A model generated the notes under the pieces. It made no database searches and was not told where the DNA came from. It saw only the letters and a list, made by a program, of their open reading frames with translations. Below, piece by piece: positions 12,303 through 23,680 of a DNA stretch of 64,000 nucleotides. Source of the DNA: Orbicella franksi. Lineage: Eukaryota. The stretch's first letter is position 1, and each line of letters starts with the position of its first letter. Location: positions 19,034,001 through 19,098,000 of the forward strand of contig OZ116709.1 of assembly GCA_964199315.1 (NCBI GenBank), in the 5' to 3' direction. Position numbers and translations under genes: made by a program.

Positions 12303-12650
12303 TTTTTAAGAACCTGTAAATGTAAATGAAAGTCGTGATTATTCAAGAGGAATTTAGACGGCGACACTGGAAGTGATGTTATTAGTCAGAGGCCGTGAGG
12401 TTCATAAGGGTTCAGTCGCGAACAAAGAGAAGAAAGACGAAAGAGAACATGGCAGTGGAACCCGGTTAATACGGACACCAAAGGGACACGCTAAGTGTCC
12501 GTATTATACTGGTGTCCGTATTAAGGCGGCTCTCAGAACTGATAAGTTAGAACTAAACTTAAAGCGACGACTTAGAACTACACATGTGTTCAAATAAAGA
12601 CTACAGAATATAATTTTTAAGCAACAGATTGGTATTCAAGATATAATGAT

Positions 12651-12870
12651 GGAGGCAGCGTGGCTGAGTGGTTTAGGGCGCTGTTGTTGTAATCCGGAGG
12701 TCCCGGGTTCAAGGCCTCCACCCTACCACTAGCAGGACTTGTTTCTCAGTAGTCCCAAGTTCAAATCCTCGGTCACGTTTTTTAAATAGCCAACTGGTCT
12801 GCCTCCTGCTAGTTGGGATTTTTAACTATGTTACGTTTATTTGAAATATTTGTTTCCTTTGTTTCAGTTT
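12651..12870 (+). mobile_element. tRNA-derived SINE, second family
   Basis: A box TGGCTGAGTGG and B box GGTTCAAGGCC, followed by a non-tRNA body. Absent at the homologous position upstream of copies 2 and 3. Confidence 0.7.
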
Positions 12871-13443
12871 CCGATATTTTCTTCTATAGGAGGAACATTG
12901 AGTAATCCAATAGTAATCCAATAATCATTGTTTGGCTATAGCATCTACCAGGCATTCAGTCAGCTCGTCAGTCCTCACACCCTGCCTTTTTCTCCTTTAT
13001 TTCGCTCGCTTTATTTCCCTCGCTTTATTTCGCTTGCCTAACAGAACTCCTGGAAGAGGCTATTCGCTCTTACACTGGAAGGATATCATTTCACTTTTAC
13101 TTAATTAGTATAATTCTTGTCCCTGCCTTGTTACAACTCAAATTCTCTACTATGTCACTGCGTTCCGCCGCAGAGAAAACGTTTAAGTTCTAATCACAAG
13201 GCTAACATAAGAGCAGTAACGTAGTGGCGAAGAAAACGAATTACATTACCGTAAGCTACGAAACTAAATGTAGTCAGAATACTAGAAAAATTAAGCTCGG
13301 CCAGATGCGAGCGGGAAACTGGCTGTGTCGAGTGACTAACGCGAGAGGCGACAAGGTTTAAATACTGTGATGTGACGTAAAATCCCTAGAGGAAAAAACT
13401 GCGGCGATAATTGGAAATTCCAAACATAAACACATAAACGTAC

Positions 13444-13493
13444 CTGTGATGGCAAACAGGAAGTCTTGTTGAAGTGCTTCTCTCAGAACAAAT
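13444..13493 (-). other. Candidate non-coding 5'UTR exon of copy 1
   Basis: The ATG exon has its own acceptor (TTTACAG before 12313), so an upstream UTR exon should exist. This 50-nt segment has acceptor TTTACAG and donor CAG/GTACGT, both conserved at ~43217 and ~44969. Confidence 0.4.
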
Positions 13494-15549
13494 CTGTAAA
13501 TTGAATTTAACCAGATCTAAGTTTTAAAGTGATATACGATGGTATTTTTGGTTGACACAGACAGCAGTTAAAATAATAGAGACAGCTATAGATCCTATGA
13601 TCTAACAAGCGCCTCGTTTACGTTTACCTCATAAATACGTCATACATTTAAAATGCATATACGCTAGCCAAATTCCCCTACATGTACTACACTACCACTT
13701 TTTTCCATATAAAACGCTCTAAAACGGTGAATGCTAGCTCGATCCAGGTCCAAAACATACTTTCATATCGCTTTACGTTGAATTTCTGCATAGAACAGTT
13801 TAAGTCAATTCTTCATTAAGAAACTAAGGCAGCAAACACGACAAAAGTTAGCTGGTTCTCTAGCGCTTAGATTCTCCCCACAAGCTGATTACGCGTGCTT
13901 TTTAAACAAGCAGAGGTCTCGTAATGATAGCGGTGGATGCACATATGAATTTTAATTGATGGCAAATTGGTCCAAAATATGAAGGAGAACTCTGACCTGT
14001 TCCTAGAGCAGTCCGAATTTTACCGCTAAGTCGCGCCAATCACGAAAGGCCAATTCCCTCTATGAAATGTGCCCTCAGGGAATCATGCTAGTTGTATTCA
14101 TCGAGACAAATATCCAGTCCAAGATGATGAATACAACTACCATGATTCCCTGCAGGCACATCTCACAGAGGGAATGACTCATTTGTTTAGGCGGATTACA
14201 TTTTCAGAACATTACGCAAAAGAAAACAGCTCGTTGATAAGGACGTTCGCGCCCAAAATGTTACCACGCAGAGTTTTGTTAAAACTTGTCATTAAAGAAA
14301 AGAACATTTTTTTCCAAAATTATCTTTTTTCTCCATAATTCTTTCCAATTGACCTATCTTAGTCTCTAACCAGCAAAATTTGGGCCGATAAACGATCTTA
14401 TGCATTTTTGGTTAATGGGGAGCTAACCGGGTTCGTTTTCGAGACAGGGGTTGAAATTTTGTTGTGATTACATGACGAATTTCAGCCCTGGCTGAAATAT
14501 TAGCCTCGGCGCCAAATATCAAACTGTGCGAAAAGTCTCAGGAGAATCAAAATGGCGCCGAGGACACGAATCGTAAAAACAGGCGCATTGCTTCTCTCGC
14601 AGTTTGGCCTTTTATTGGCGCTCAATCATGATTTTCAACTTTTTGGGATGGTAACAGCCTACAATGATAATGGAACTGAAACGAAACCTGTCTTTGGCTA
14701 CATATCTCTCAGCCTGAAAGACGTACATGCATAGAAAGAAAATATATCCTCATGCTTGCCGTTTTCTTGGCTTCCCTGACAGCCTCGTGCTGTTTAACCT
14801 TGTCTCGATGTTCTTATATTCCATCTGAACTTTGAAATTAGAGAGACAATGAATAAGATTCTCTATTTCATCGCCTTTATTCCACTGAAATCGCTTCTCC
14901 TTCGTAGCCGCAGCCATCTTGTTTCCTGCTTTTCAGCCAGGGCTGAAATTCCGTTTCGATTACAAGGGATTTTTTCTAATTTTTCAGCCCGTTTGCCCGG
15001 GCTGAAAATCCTTGCCCGGGCACTTGGGCAAGTGCTGTCAGTGTGTCTCTTGCTATTTGTCCAGTACAAAGGAGAAGACTGAAAGCTTTGTTTTGACAGC
15101 AAGTCTCGTCTTTGGCCGTTTGCACCGTAGGAGACGCATAAATCAACGCTGCAGGAGTTAGGCGGAATCGGTTATTTAGACTATCCGTAAAGATGCAAAA
15201 TTAACCCCGCGGTGCATTGGCTCGAAATCGGTTGTTTGGCGGTTGAGTAATCTCACAAACCTCAGTGCGAACGGTTGCTATTTCTGGTTTTAAAGCTTGT
15301 AATTGTTTATAAGGGTTTTGTACAGATTTTCAATAGGTTTGTTAGCCGTTAGTAGTAAAAACAGAGATTATTACAGTGCATTCGAAGCAAGTCACGTTTC
15401 AAGTCAGACAGCTAGTCTAGCCTCGATAACCGAGGAAAGGTCAGATAATAACTGCGAAAATGTTGCTTCACTCGCTTCTTGTACCTCATCATCATCATCA
15501 TCATTATCATTCATTTATCACAACTAAAATAATGTATATTGATACAAGT

Positions 15550-16090
15550 ACAATACTTTAGATAGCTAGGGTAATAAGATCTCCAAAAACTCAAGACTTA
15601 TAGCAGAGACCATCTCAACTGCAATGTTGCGTGGCAAATTCAGCATAATTTCATTTGATTAAAATTTTAATGATCTTTTACCGGACTTAGAGTTGGGAAT
15701 GCTTGTTGACCCAGTGATAGATAATGACAGAAAATTCCAAGTTTAGGACCTCGATGAGGCATCGTAAATTGCTTAAGATTTATGCGACAGTGGTGCGATC
15801 GATAACTACTGGCTGTTCTGATAGAGAATTTGCTACAGTCGAGTTGAGAAACATTGGGGTTAAAAATTGGTTATTATGTAGTTCAGGACCAACGCTATCA
15901 TAATTAGGTTCTCGGTGAGGTACACGCGAACAGTAGCAAAGCAAACCGTACTAATTCTGGTAACACGCCAAGAGTGTGATTTCTTACAAAGCGAATATTT
16001 AAATAACCCTAACATCGAAAGCTCAGGAGCCTACATATGACCTCCGGCTGAAAATGAGCGTATCCATAAAGGCACAGAATACGAATATAT
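15550..16090 (-). mobile_element. Decayed CR1/L2-group LINE 3' fragment (homolog at ~31870-32420)
   Basis: Reverse-strand remnants resemble RTASSYRSHHCRINLKQF..GPKLWNSL. A similar block recurs at 31870-32420. Confidence 0.55.
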
Positions 16091-19000
16091 AGTTAACCTC
16101 GTACCGCACATGTTATTATACTATTTCAGTGAAAGAACAGATGAAATACACAGTCACACTCCAGTAGGATCAAAATGAAACTTGCCTTTGGTATCGCACT
16201 CTCTGAGTATGGGGTCGCATTGTTTGCGCGCTAGTATGTCTTAACGTATATAAGCATACGCGCTGAAGCACTCGGTAATAAATGCGGTCTGCAACTATTG
16301 GTCGAGGATGAAGTGCTGTGACAAGCACTGATAATAGAAACAACTTAGCTACGATTTGTATGCATGGATAATTAAAGGTGACGAGTGAAGTTATGAAATA
16401 ATTTCACGCGCGTTCTATCCTGAGCCCTAAGTAAATTTCACTCCATGTAAACTATTCTAAATTAACACCGAATTTTCTTAAGGTGTAATTTTTCAGCCAT
16501 AATGTTAAGAAGGTAATTTGTTGCTTTCACGAGGTGGTAATCGGTGTCTGGTTGGTTGGTTCCGTTTTCGAAGAAATCTCCGTTTAGGATCAAAAATCGC
16601 TGAAAGGCTTGCTAAGCCTTTTCAGCCAGATTGTAACATTTCAACACAACACATCGCAACATTGTTGGGCACATTTTGCGCGCGTTTGGTCACCCTGTTC
16701 CGACGTGTTGCTACACTGTTGGGTGCTGTTCGCTCCAGTTTGACCAATTCATGATATTTCATTTCCTGGTGGGTATTTTACACATTGAACAACTATTTGC
16801 CGTCACTAATAAGAGGACAAGCAACCGAATAATACAATGTAATATAGATGAATATAATGGATAACAGACTTGGGAAAGCGCTTTAGTGTGTATTGCTATG
16901 CGCTCCAGTATAGAGTAGACGACAGATAATTTGACAAGACACTATGAAAATGAAAACTTAGCGTGGGAGATGGATAGTTAACGGCTTGACATGTTAGGGC
17001 GGGATGAGTTGTTTAAACATTCACTGACCCCATTAACTCACCATTATTTCAGACGTTTACGTTTTGTATCCTAAAGGGGCCGAGCTTAATTCCCAGGAGG
17101 AATGTATTGAACACAGAGACCTGTTATTTCAAACTGGACTGCTTAAATATTTTTTTCTCACTACTCTGTAGCGACTTTTGCCTCGTGCCCACGTGACTTT
17201 AGTCACGTGGACACGAGAGCCAATTTTGTTAGTATAAGTAATAAATCGGTCAATAAGTAGCGTGAGATAAGTGCGACCCACAGTTTCAGAAACTTGCCAA
17301 ACTTTTACGGATTGCCAAAATTTCGCCAATTTTCAAAGAAGCCGAAGTGCTGCCTTGGAGGATTCCAAATTTTGGCAAAGCAAACAATTTTGTTTTTTTA
17401 ATCATTTAACTGTCATATTTTTTAAAACATCTCTGGATAAAATTACGGCGAGAAAATAACTTGTCTGGATAAAGTGACGGCCAGTCTAGTTTGGCGCGTG
17501 AGATGGCGAGACACAACCATTTTTTTTATCCGGTCCATCTGACGCTTTTTGCAGTTATTTCAATGCAAACCAGGAATATGAGCGGCGTTTTTATTCAAAT
17601 TCTTATGACTCGTACCTTGGGTCTGGTTACCGGCAGCAATTTAAAGACATGGCTTCAGCGAGACAATCTTCTTCGATCGCAAGTGACGTAAGCAACAACA
17701 CAAACGCAAGCCGAGCGAAACTGCTCGTCCAGTTATGGGCCGAAAATCACGAGTTGCTGTAGAGCGGAGAATAAAGAACATGCAGCGTGGAGAAAAATCT
17801 GAGAAGAGTTAAACTCTCGCATGGAATCTAATAAAATACTTAACTGAGAAGTATAGTTCTTGTGACGTATAATTCAGTCAGTAACGTTTTGGCTCCAACA
17901 TGTTGGTCTAATGCGACCACTGCCAAAATTTGGAACTTGCGAAGTTTTTGCCAATTCTTTTTCCTCGCTGAAAATTGGAAATATTTGAATTCACTCTAGT
18001 GCGACTCGGCCCTAATAGAGTGAGTTCGGAAATTCCTGTGCGAGACATTCCTTTGTAACCATTCTTTGCGTTCCTAATGTAAGATTCCTGCGAAGATAGG
18101 TAGATAGATATGGTCAACGCATTTTGCGGGTTGATCAAATTTGGCTGTGAAAGACAGATACAAAACAGGCGATTAATTGACTACCATTGACGGCGTTTGG
18201 TGCTACTGTTTTTAGAAATACGAGTTTTAAACATGCTGTACAGATTCAAGACACCTTATTGATTTATTTATTTTATGAAGGGGACTGGGATGTAGATCTA
18301 TTTCTGACAGGTATATGGCTGATAAAAATTAATTGTTAGGTCTATGATAAATACCACCAGGGCATTAAACATTTTAAGACACGCAGTGCGAAGTAAGTTC
18401 TGCAAAAAAAGGAATTCAACACTAACATTTGAGAAATTTAAACATCACGATGAGCCGATTAAAACTTACATGTAATGTGCACTACCCAAGAGTGATGGAA
18501 CAGGCCAAAAAATTAATTTTCAATAAGGGTCAGGTTTTGCTAGATCGTGTCAAATCGAGGCGAATTGTTTGCTGTTGGAGATTCGTTGTCAGTTATTGTT
18601 GCATGAATGAATAGTAATTTATTAAATTAAAGAGACGCTGAGCAAAGTAAGTTCTTAAAAAAAAATCAAATTAGACCCTAACAGTTGTGAAATTTGTACG
18701 TAGCACTGAGCATATTAAAAACTTACATTGTGCATCACTCGAGAATAAGCAAACAGCCCCAAAAATTAATTTCAATGAGGATCGGATCTGGTTAGATCTA
18801 GTTAAACGGTATTGTTTCGTCGTTAGATCGAATTGCATTTGTCAATGCTACCGAACTGACATTTTATTTTTAGCCAAAGTGACAATTTATTTTTAGCATG
18901 AGAGTAGCTTGTGTACAGGCTAATATGAGAGCATAGTCTAAGCTTTGAAGCATTACGCGAATGAGCTGGAATTTATTCTCGCTGACTGGCTTTCGATATC

Positions 19001-22000
19001 TCTGTTATCAGTATGATGTCATTCCGTGGAACAAATTGTGTAGCGTTCCTAATGTAAGATTCCTGAGAAGTGTGTGCTTTTGTTTATTTTATTTAGGATG
19101 TTGCGAGTATGTATTCATTAAACTTAAGTTCTGTAAAAAAGGGATCCAACCGTAAGATTTGAGAAATTTATAGATCACAGTGAGCGGATTGATAACTTAC
19201 ATGTAGTGTGCACTACCCGAGAATGAGTAAGGGGGCGAAAAAAATAATTTTTAATAAGGGTCAGACTTAGCTAAATCGTGTCAAATTGAGCCGAATTGTT
19301 TGTTGTCGGAGATTCGTTGTCAGCTATTGTTGCATGACTTAATATGAATACCGTACCGTAGGTACCGTACGCACTATATCAGGACTATTAGGTTGACAGA
19401 GGGACAGGGTAAAATATGGACTGGACCAATGGACCGGACCAATGGACCGGACCAATGGACCATTGGACTGTTGGACTATATTTTGGACTATGTTTTGGAC
19501 CATTCTTTGGACCATTTTCTGGACCTGCCTTTATCAAAAATTTATAGGGAGGGGTGGGTGTTTATTGTTCTTCATCTATAAGGAAAAGGGAGGTATGTTT
19601 CTTCATTTGTAGGGGAGGGCCGGAGAGGGTGGAAATGGTAACACGTGCACACGAAAGTGGCCTCCAAACATTAACAGGAATGGTAGCGGGAAGTATTTCA
19701 GGTATTGAATCCCAGTTTGAACCAACAGTCAGCAAATGCAAGGACAAATATATGGATATCTGTATTTTAAAAATAATGGACAGAACGAGTTAAGAGTACA
19801 CTGTTTCAAATTTCCTTTCACATCTATCTCATATGAGTCGACCTGTGAAATCAAGAATCGCTCACCAATTGCTTATTAGTTCCCTGGAACATTCCCCTCA
19901 CTGTTATCCTTCATTATCGCGCTGTCACGCTAACAGTCGATAGACATCACTGAATTTCACTGTGATTCGCGAAGAAGGCCAAACCGTAGAGGGAACTTAT
20001 CAGTTGTTTTTGAAGTCAAAGTTGCGGATGTTGGAAGCTGGCTTTATCATGAGAAAGTGGTCGTCCAATTCAAAGGAACTAATTGAGAAGATAAAGGTTT
20101 CTGACTACAATCAAGAATTGAAATGCAGTGACGAGCTGAAGAAGTTGCAAGAATATGATGGAACCTATGCTAATCAATCACGAGGTTAAGGAAGAAAAGG
20201 AGCATAAGATACTCGGGATTACCTGGAATCACGACGCTGACGAGCTGAGTGTTGTCTTAAGTCTTCAGAAGATGTGCCTGTCACTAAACAAACGGTACTG
20301 AAAGTGGCTGCTCGAGTTTATGATCCCCTTGGGTGGATATCACCTATCCTTATCGACAAGAAGCTGTTGTTTCAAAAGATTTGCCAGACTAAAGAAGATT
20401 GGGATGCTGAGCTTAGTCCAGACCTGAAGGAGTCTTGTGACCAGTGGATGACTGAGTTGCAGAAAGTTGGAAACTTTAGAATACCGAGGTGTTATTTCAA
20501 TGCAGATGACCCAGAGCCCATTTCAATACAGCTTCATGAGTTCAGCGATGCATACTGACATGCCTATGCAGCAGCCGTATATACGAATTGAGCAGCAGAC
20601 TGGAGCGAAATCAGTACTAGTCGCGTCAAAGACCAGAGTAGGACCGTTGTGTGGAGAGACGATACCGGACACTAGAATTGTTGGGACTGTGGTTCTTGGA
20701 AAATTGATGAAACATGTAGCTGCTGCCTTATCAGAAAGCCTGAAGGTCAACAAACTCCGATGTTGGGTTGACTCAACAGCCGTGCTCTATTGGATTATTG
20801 GAGAGAAGAAACAATGGAAGCAGTTTGTTGAGAATAGAATCATGGAGATCAGAAGTCTGGTTTCCCCCAGTTGCTGGAGCTATTGGGCCCAACCGACGCT
20901 AACCCTGCCGATCTGTCCTCTAGAGGGATGAAACCTTCAGACCTGGCAACAAGCGACAAATGGTGGAAGAGACCCACGTTTTTGACACTCCAGGAAGAGC
21001 AGTGGCCAACAAAACCAGACACTGGCTTGCTCGAAGAACATGTGTCGCGTGAGATGAAGGCTGAGTTCAAGAGAGAGGAACACCTGACCACTACGGATCT
21101 TGCAACTGTATCGAACGTTAGTCCGACTGCATGTTTTGGTCTGGAACGGTTTAGCACCAGCAAGAAACTGTTTCGAGTTACAGGATATGTATTGCGGTTC
21201 ATTTCAAGATTGAAAGAAAAGGTGAAGAGCATAGGAGAAAGCCAGAAGTCTGGAGATGAATCCTTAACGGTCAAGGAACTAGAAGATGCAGAAGTGATGT
21301 GTTTACAAGAAGCGCAGAAGCCCTTAGTATCTAGTAACAAGTTCGATCAGCAAAGAATATCCCTCGGGTTATTTACTGATGACAAAGGAGTCTACCGCAG
21401 CAAAGGAAGGTTGGAGAATGCCGAATTGCCGTGTCAAGTCAAACATCCAATATTGTTACCACCAAGGAGCCACCTGACATCCCTGATTATACGAGAGTAC
21501 CATAGCAGGGTGATGCATCGTGACGTCAAGGACAGTTTGACGGAAACCCGTTGTCGTTATTGGATTACCAAAGGAAGACAAGTGGTAAAGGCAGAGTTGC
21601 GGAATCGTACTGTGTGCTCAAGAATTCAAGGGAGACCATCTGCTGCACCAGCAACTCCTGACCTCCCTCAGTTTAGAGTGGAGAAGAGTTTCCCTTTAGC
21701 GAACGCTGGAGTGGATTTTGCGGGCCCCTTTATGTGAAAAACGTGTTTGGAGGAGAATCAAAGATGCGCAAGGTGTACACAGCATTGTTTACGTGTTCGA
21801 GCACGTGGGCAGTTCATTTGGATTTGGTTCCTGGCCTAGATGCGTAGCCATTCATTAGATGTCTGAAAAGATTCTTTGCAAGAAAAGGAGTGAATCAGCT
21901 GTTTATCTCGGACAACACGAAGACTTTTAAAAAGAAAGAAGTCCGACAGTTTATCCTGAACATGGGCGTTGCCTGGAAGTTCAATCTCCCACGATCCTCG

Positions 22001-22457
22001 TGGTGGGGAGGATTTTTTGAGAGGATGGTTCGGTGCACCAGAGGGTAGCTTGAAGAAAATCCTTGGCGTGATTAAACTGACCTATGAAGAGTTACTTACA
22101 GTCCTCACGAAAGTTGAAGGCGTGTTGAATTCTCGTCCTCTCACCTATGTGTACAGCAATAAAGTTGAGGAACCTTTAATGCCGTCCCATTTGATGATAG
22201 GAAGGAGGCTGCTGTCCAGCGGTCAGAAGGTGGAACTACATGAGAATTCACCCATAGGTACTGCGAATGACGTCAACAGAAGAGCAAAGTACCTCAAGTT
22301 ACTCTTGTCCCACTCTTGGAATAGATGGCAGAAGGAATATCTCACAGAGCTCCGTCAATTTCATCACTCTGTAGCTAACGACAAGAGCAGGCAGAAAGAT
22401 TCAAACTTTAAAGAAGGAGATGTGGCCATTGTGAAAGAAGAAAACACCCCTAGAAGT

Positions 22458-23298
22458 TCTTTAAAAAGCGTTTAAAACAGATCTAAAAAAGTAAATTGTC
22501 TCCGAGCTAAATGCATTCCATGAACAACTGTGCAAAGACAAAACGAGAAACGACGTGTTATTAGTGATCTAAAAGCTAATGGTTATCCCGAGAGCTTCAT
22601 CAAGTCAGTTGGTGAATCGAACAGAACAAACACGCAACAAAGACCCCAGGAGAATCCAAAGGCATACGCGTCGATTCCATATGTGAAAGGAGTGTCGGAA
22701 CGTGTTCGACGCATTTTGAGCCGCGAAAACATCAGGACAGCTTTCAAACCAGTACAAACATTGGGAAATGTTTTCAAAAAGCCCAAAGACCGGCCGACAA
22801 GAGAGCAATTAAAAGGCATTCTGTACAAAGTGACCTGTACGACATGTTCTTTCACGTATGTCGGGGAAAGCAGAAGAAACTGGAAATCTCGGGGAGCCGA
22901 ACACAAGCCCGGAACCAATGGAAATGTTAATTCCGCAATTAAACAGCATGCGGAAACCGGCCACGATATACATCCTATTTACGCCAACATTCTTGAAACA
23001 GGTGTGAGCGGCAAGAACAAAAGACTGTTTCTGGAATCCTTGCACTCTTTCTTAGACAAAAACTCCGTAAATGAAAGAGCACCCTTCCCAAGGGTTTACG
23101 CGTTACTGGTTGCCTCCCTAGGGGGCAACGAACAATAACGTCCCAGCTTATTAAAATTCTGTGAATCGCGCGAAATCATCATTCTCTGAAGAAGACCGCA
23201 GAAGGCGGTCGAAAATTTAGAGACAATTTCACTTTTTTAGATCTGTTTTAAACTTTTTTTTTTTAAAGAACTATGAGCACAGATCGCTCCAACAGTTT
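22458..23298 (+). mobile_element. 5'-truncated Penelope-like element (GIY-YIG endonuclease end) inserted in BEL integrase
   Basis: ORF 22530-23138 includes LKANGYP, YASIPYVKGVSERVRRIL and ILYKVTCTTCSFTYVGESRRNWKSRGAEHK. 13-bp TSD CACCCCTAGAAGT at 22445-22457 and 23299-23311. Inverted terminal segments at 22456-22502 and 23220-23271. Confidence 0.92.
23182..23222 (+). ncRNA. Minimal type I hammerhead ribozyme motif in the PLE 3' repeat
   Basis: TTCT-CTGAAGA-A-GACCGC(AGAAG)GCGGTC-GAA-AATT-T-AGAG: CUGANGA core, perfect 6-bp stem II, GAAA, loopless palindromic stem III, 4-bp stem I. PLEs are known to carry such motifs. Confidence 0.75.
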
Positions 23299-23680
23299 CA
23301 CCCCTAGAAGTGCCTGGGGATTGGCCCGAGTTGAAGAGCTGATGAAGGGTCGAGATGACAAGGTTGTGGATTGTTGTCGGCAAACGGAAGAAATCGACAG
23401 AACTTAAACGTCCGATCCAGCATTTGATTCCTGTTGAATGCAAAGAAAGTGGTAAGAGTGATGTTATGGATTGCGCTGTTACCACTTCCCTGCCGACCGC
23501 AGAACCATTGGAGAAGGACCGTCAGAGTACGAGGAATGCAAGAGGAAGAACGAGAAGACAGGCTGCTGATCATGAGTAATTTTAAGAGACAGCGTTTTTA
23601 TTGACTTTGAGAACATTTAAGTTTTTGGTGAGTGTTATCTAAGTTTCGGCATTGGTCCTTGGACCAATGGGTGGGGAGAG

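Larger units (their letters stand above)
19962..23580 (+). mobile_element. Degenerate, 5'-truncated BEL/Pao LTR retrotransposon pol (end of RT, RNase H/Pao region, integrase)
   Basis: Fragmented frames with hallmark peptides ARVYDPLGWISP, FSDA, WVDSTAVLYWI, NPADLSSRG, KHPILLP, GVDFAGP, VEGVLNSRPLTY, WNRWQKEYLTELR. Frame resumes after the PLE insertion (EENTPRS / AWGLARVEELMKG). Confidence 0.92.

Noticed and set aside
19415-19520. TGGACC-spaced short repeats suggestive of an array
   Set aside because: Low-complexity minisatellite with no unique spacers, in eukaryotic context; not CRISPR.
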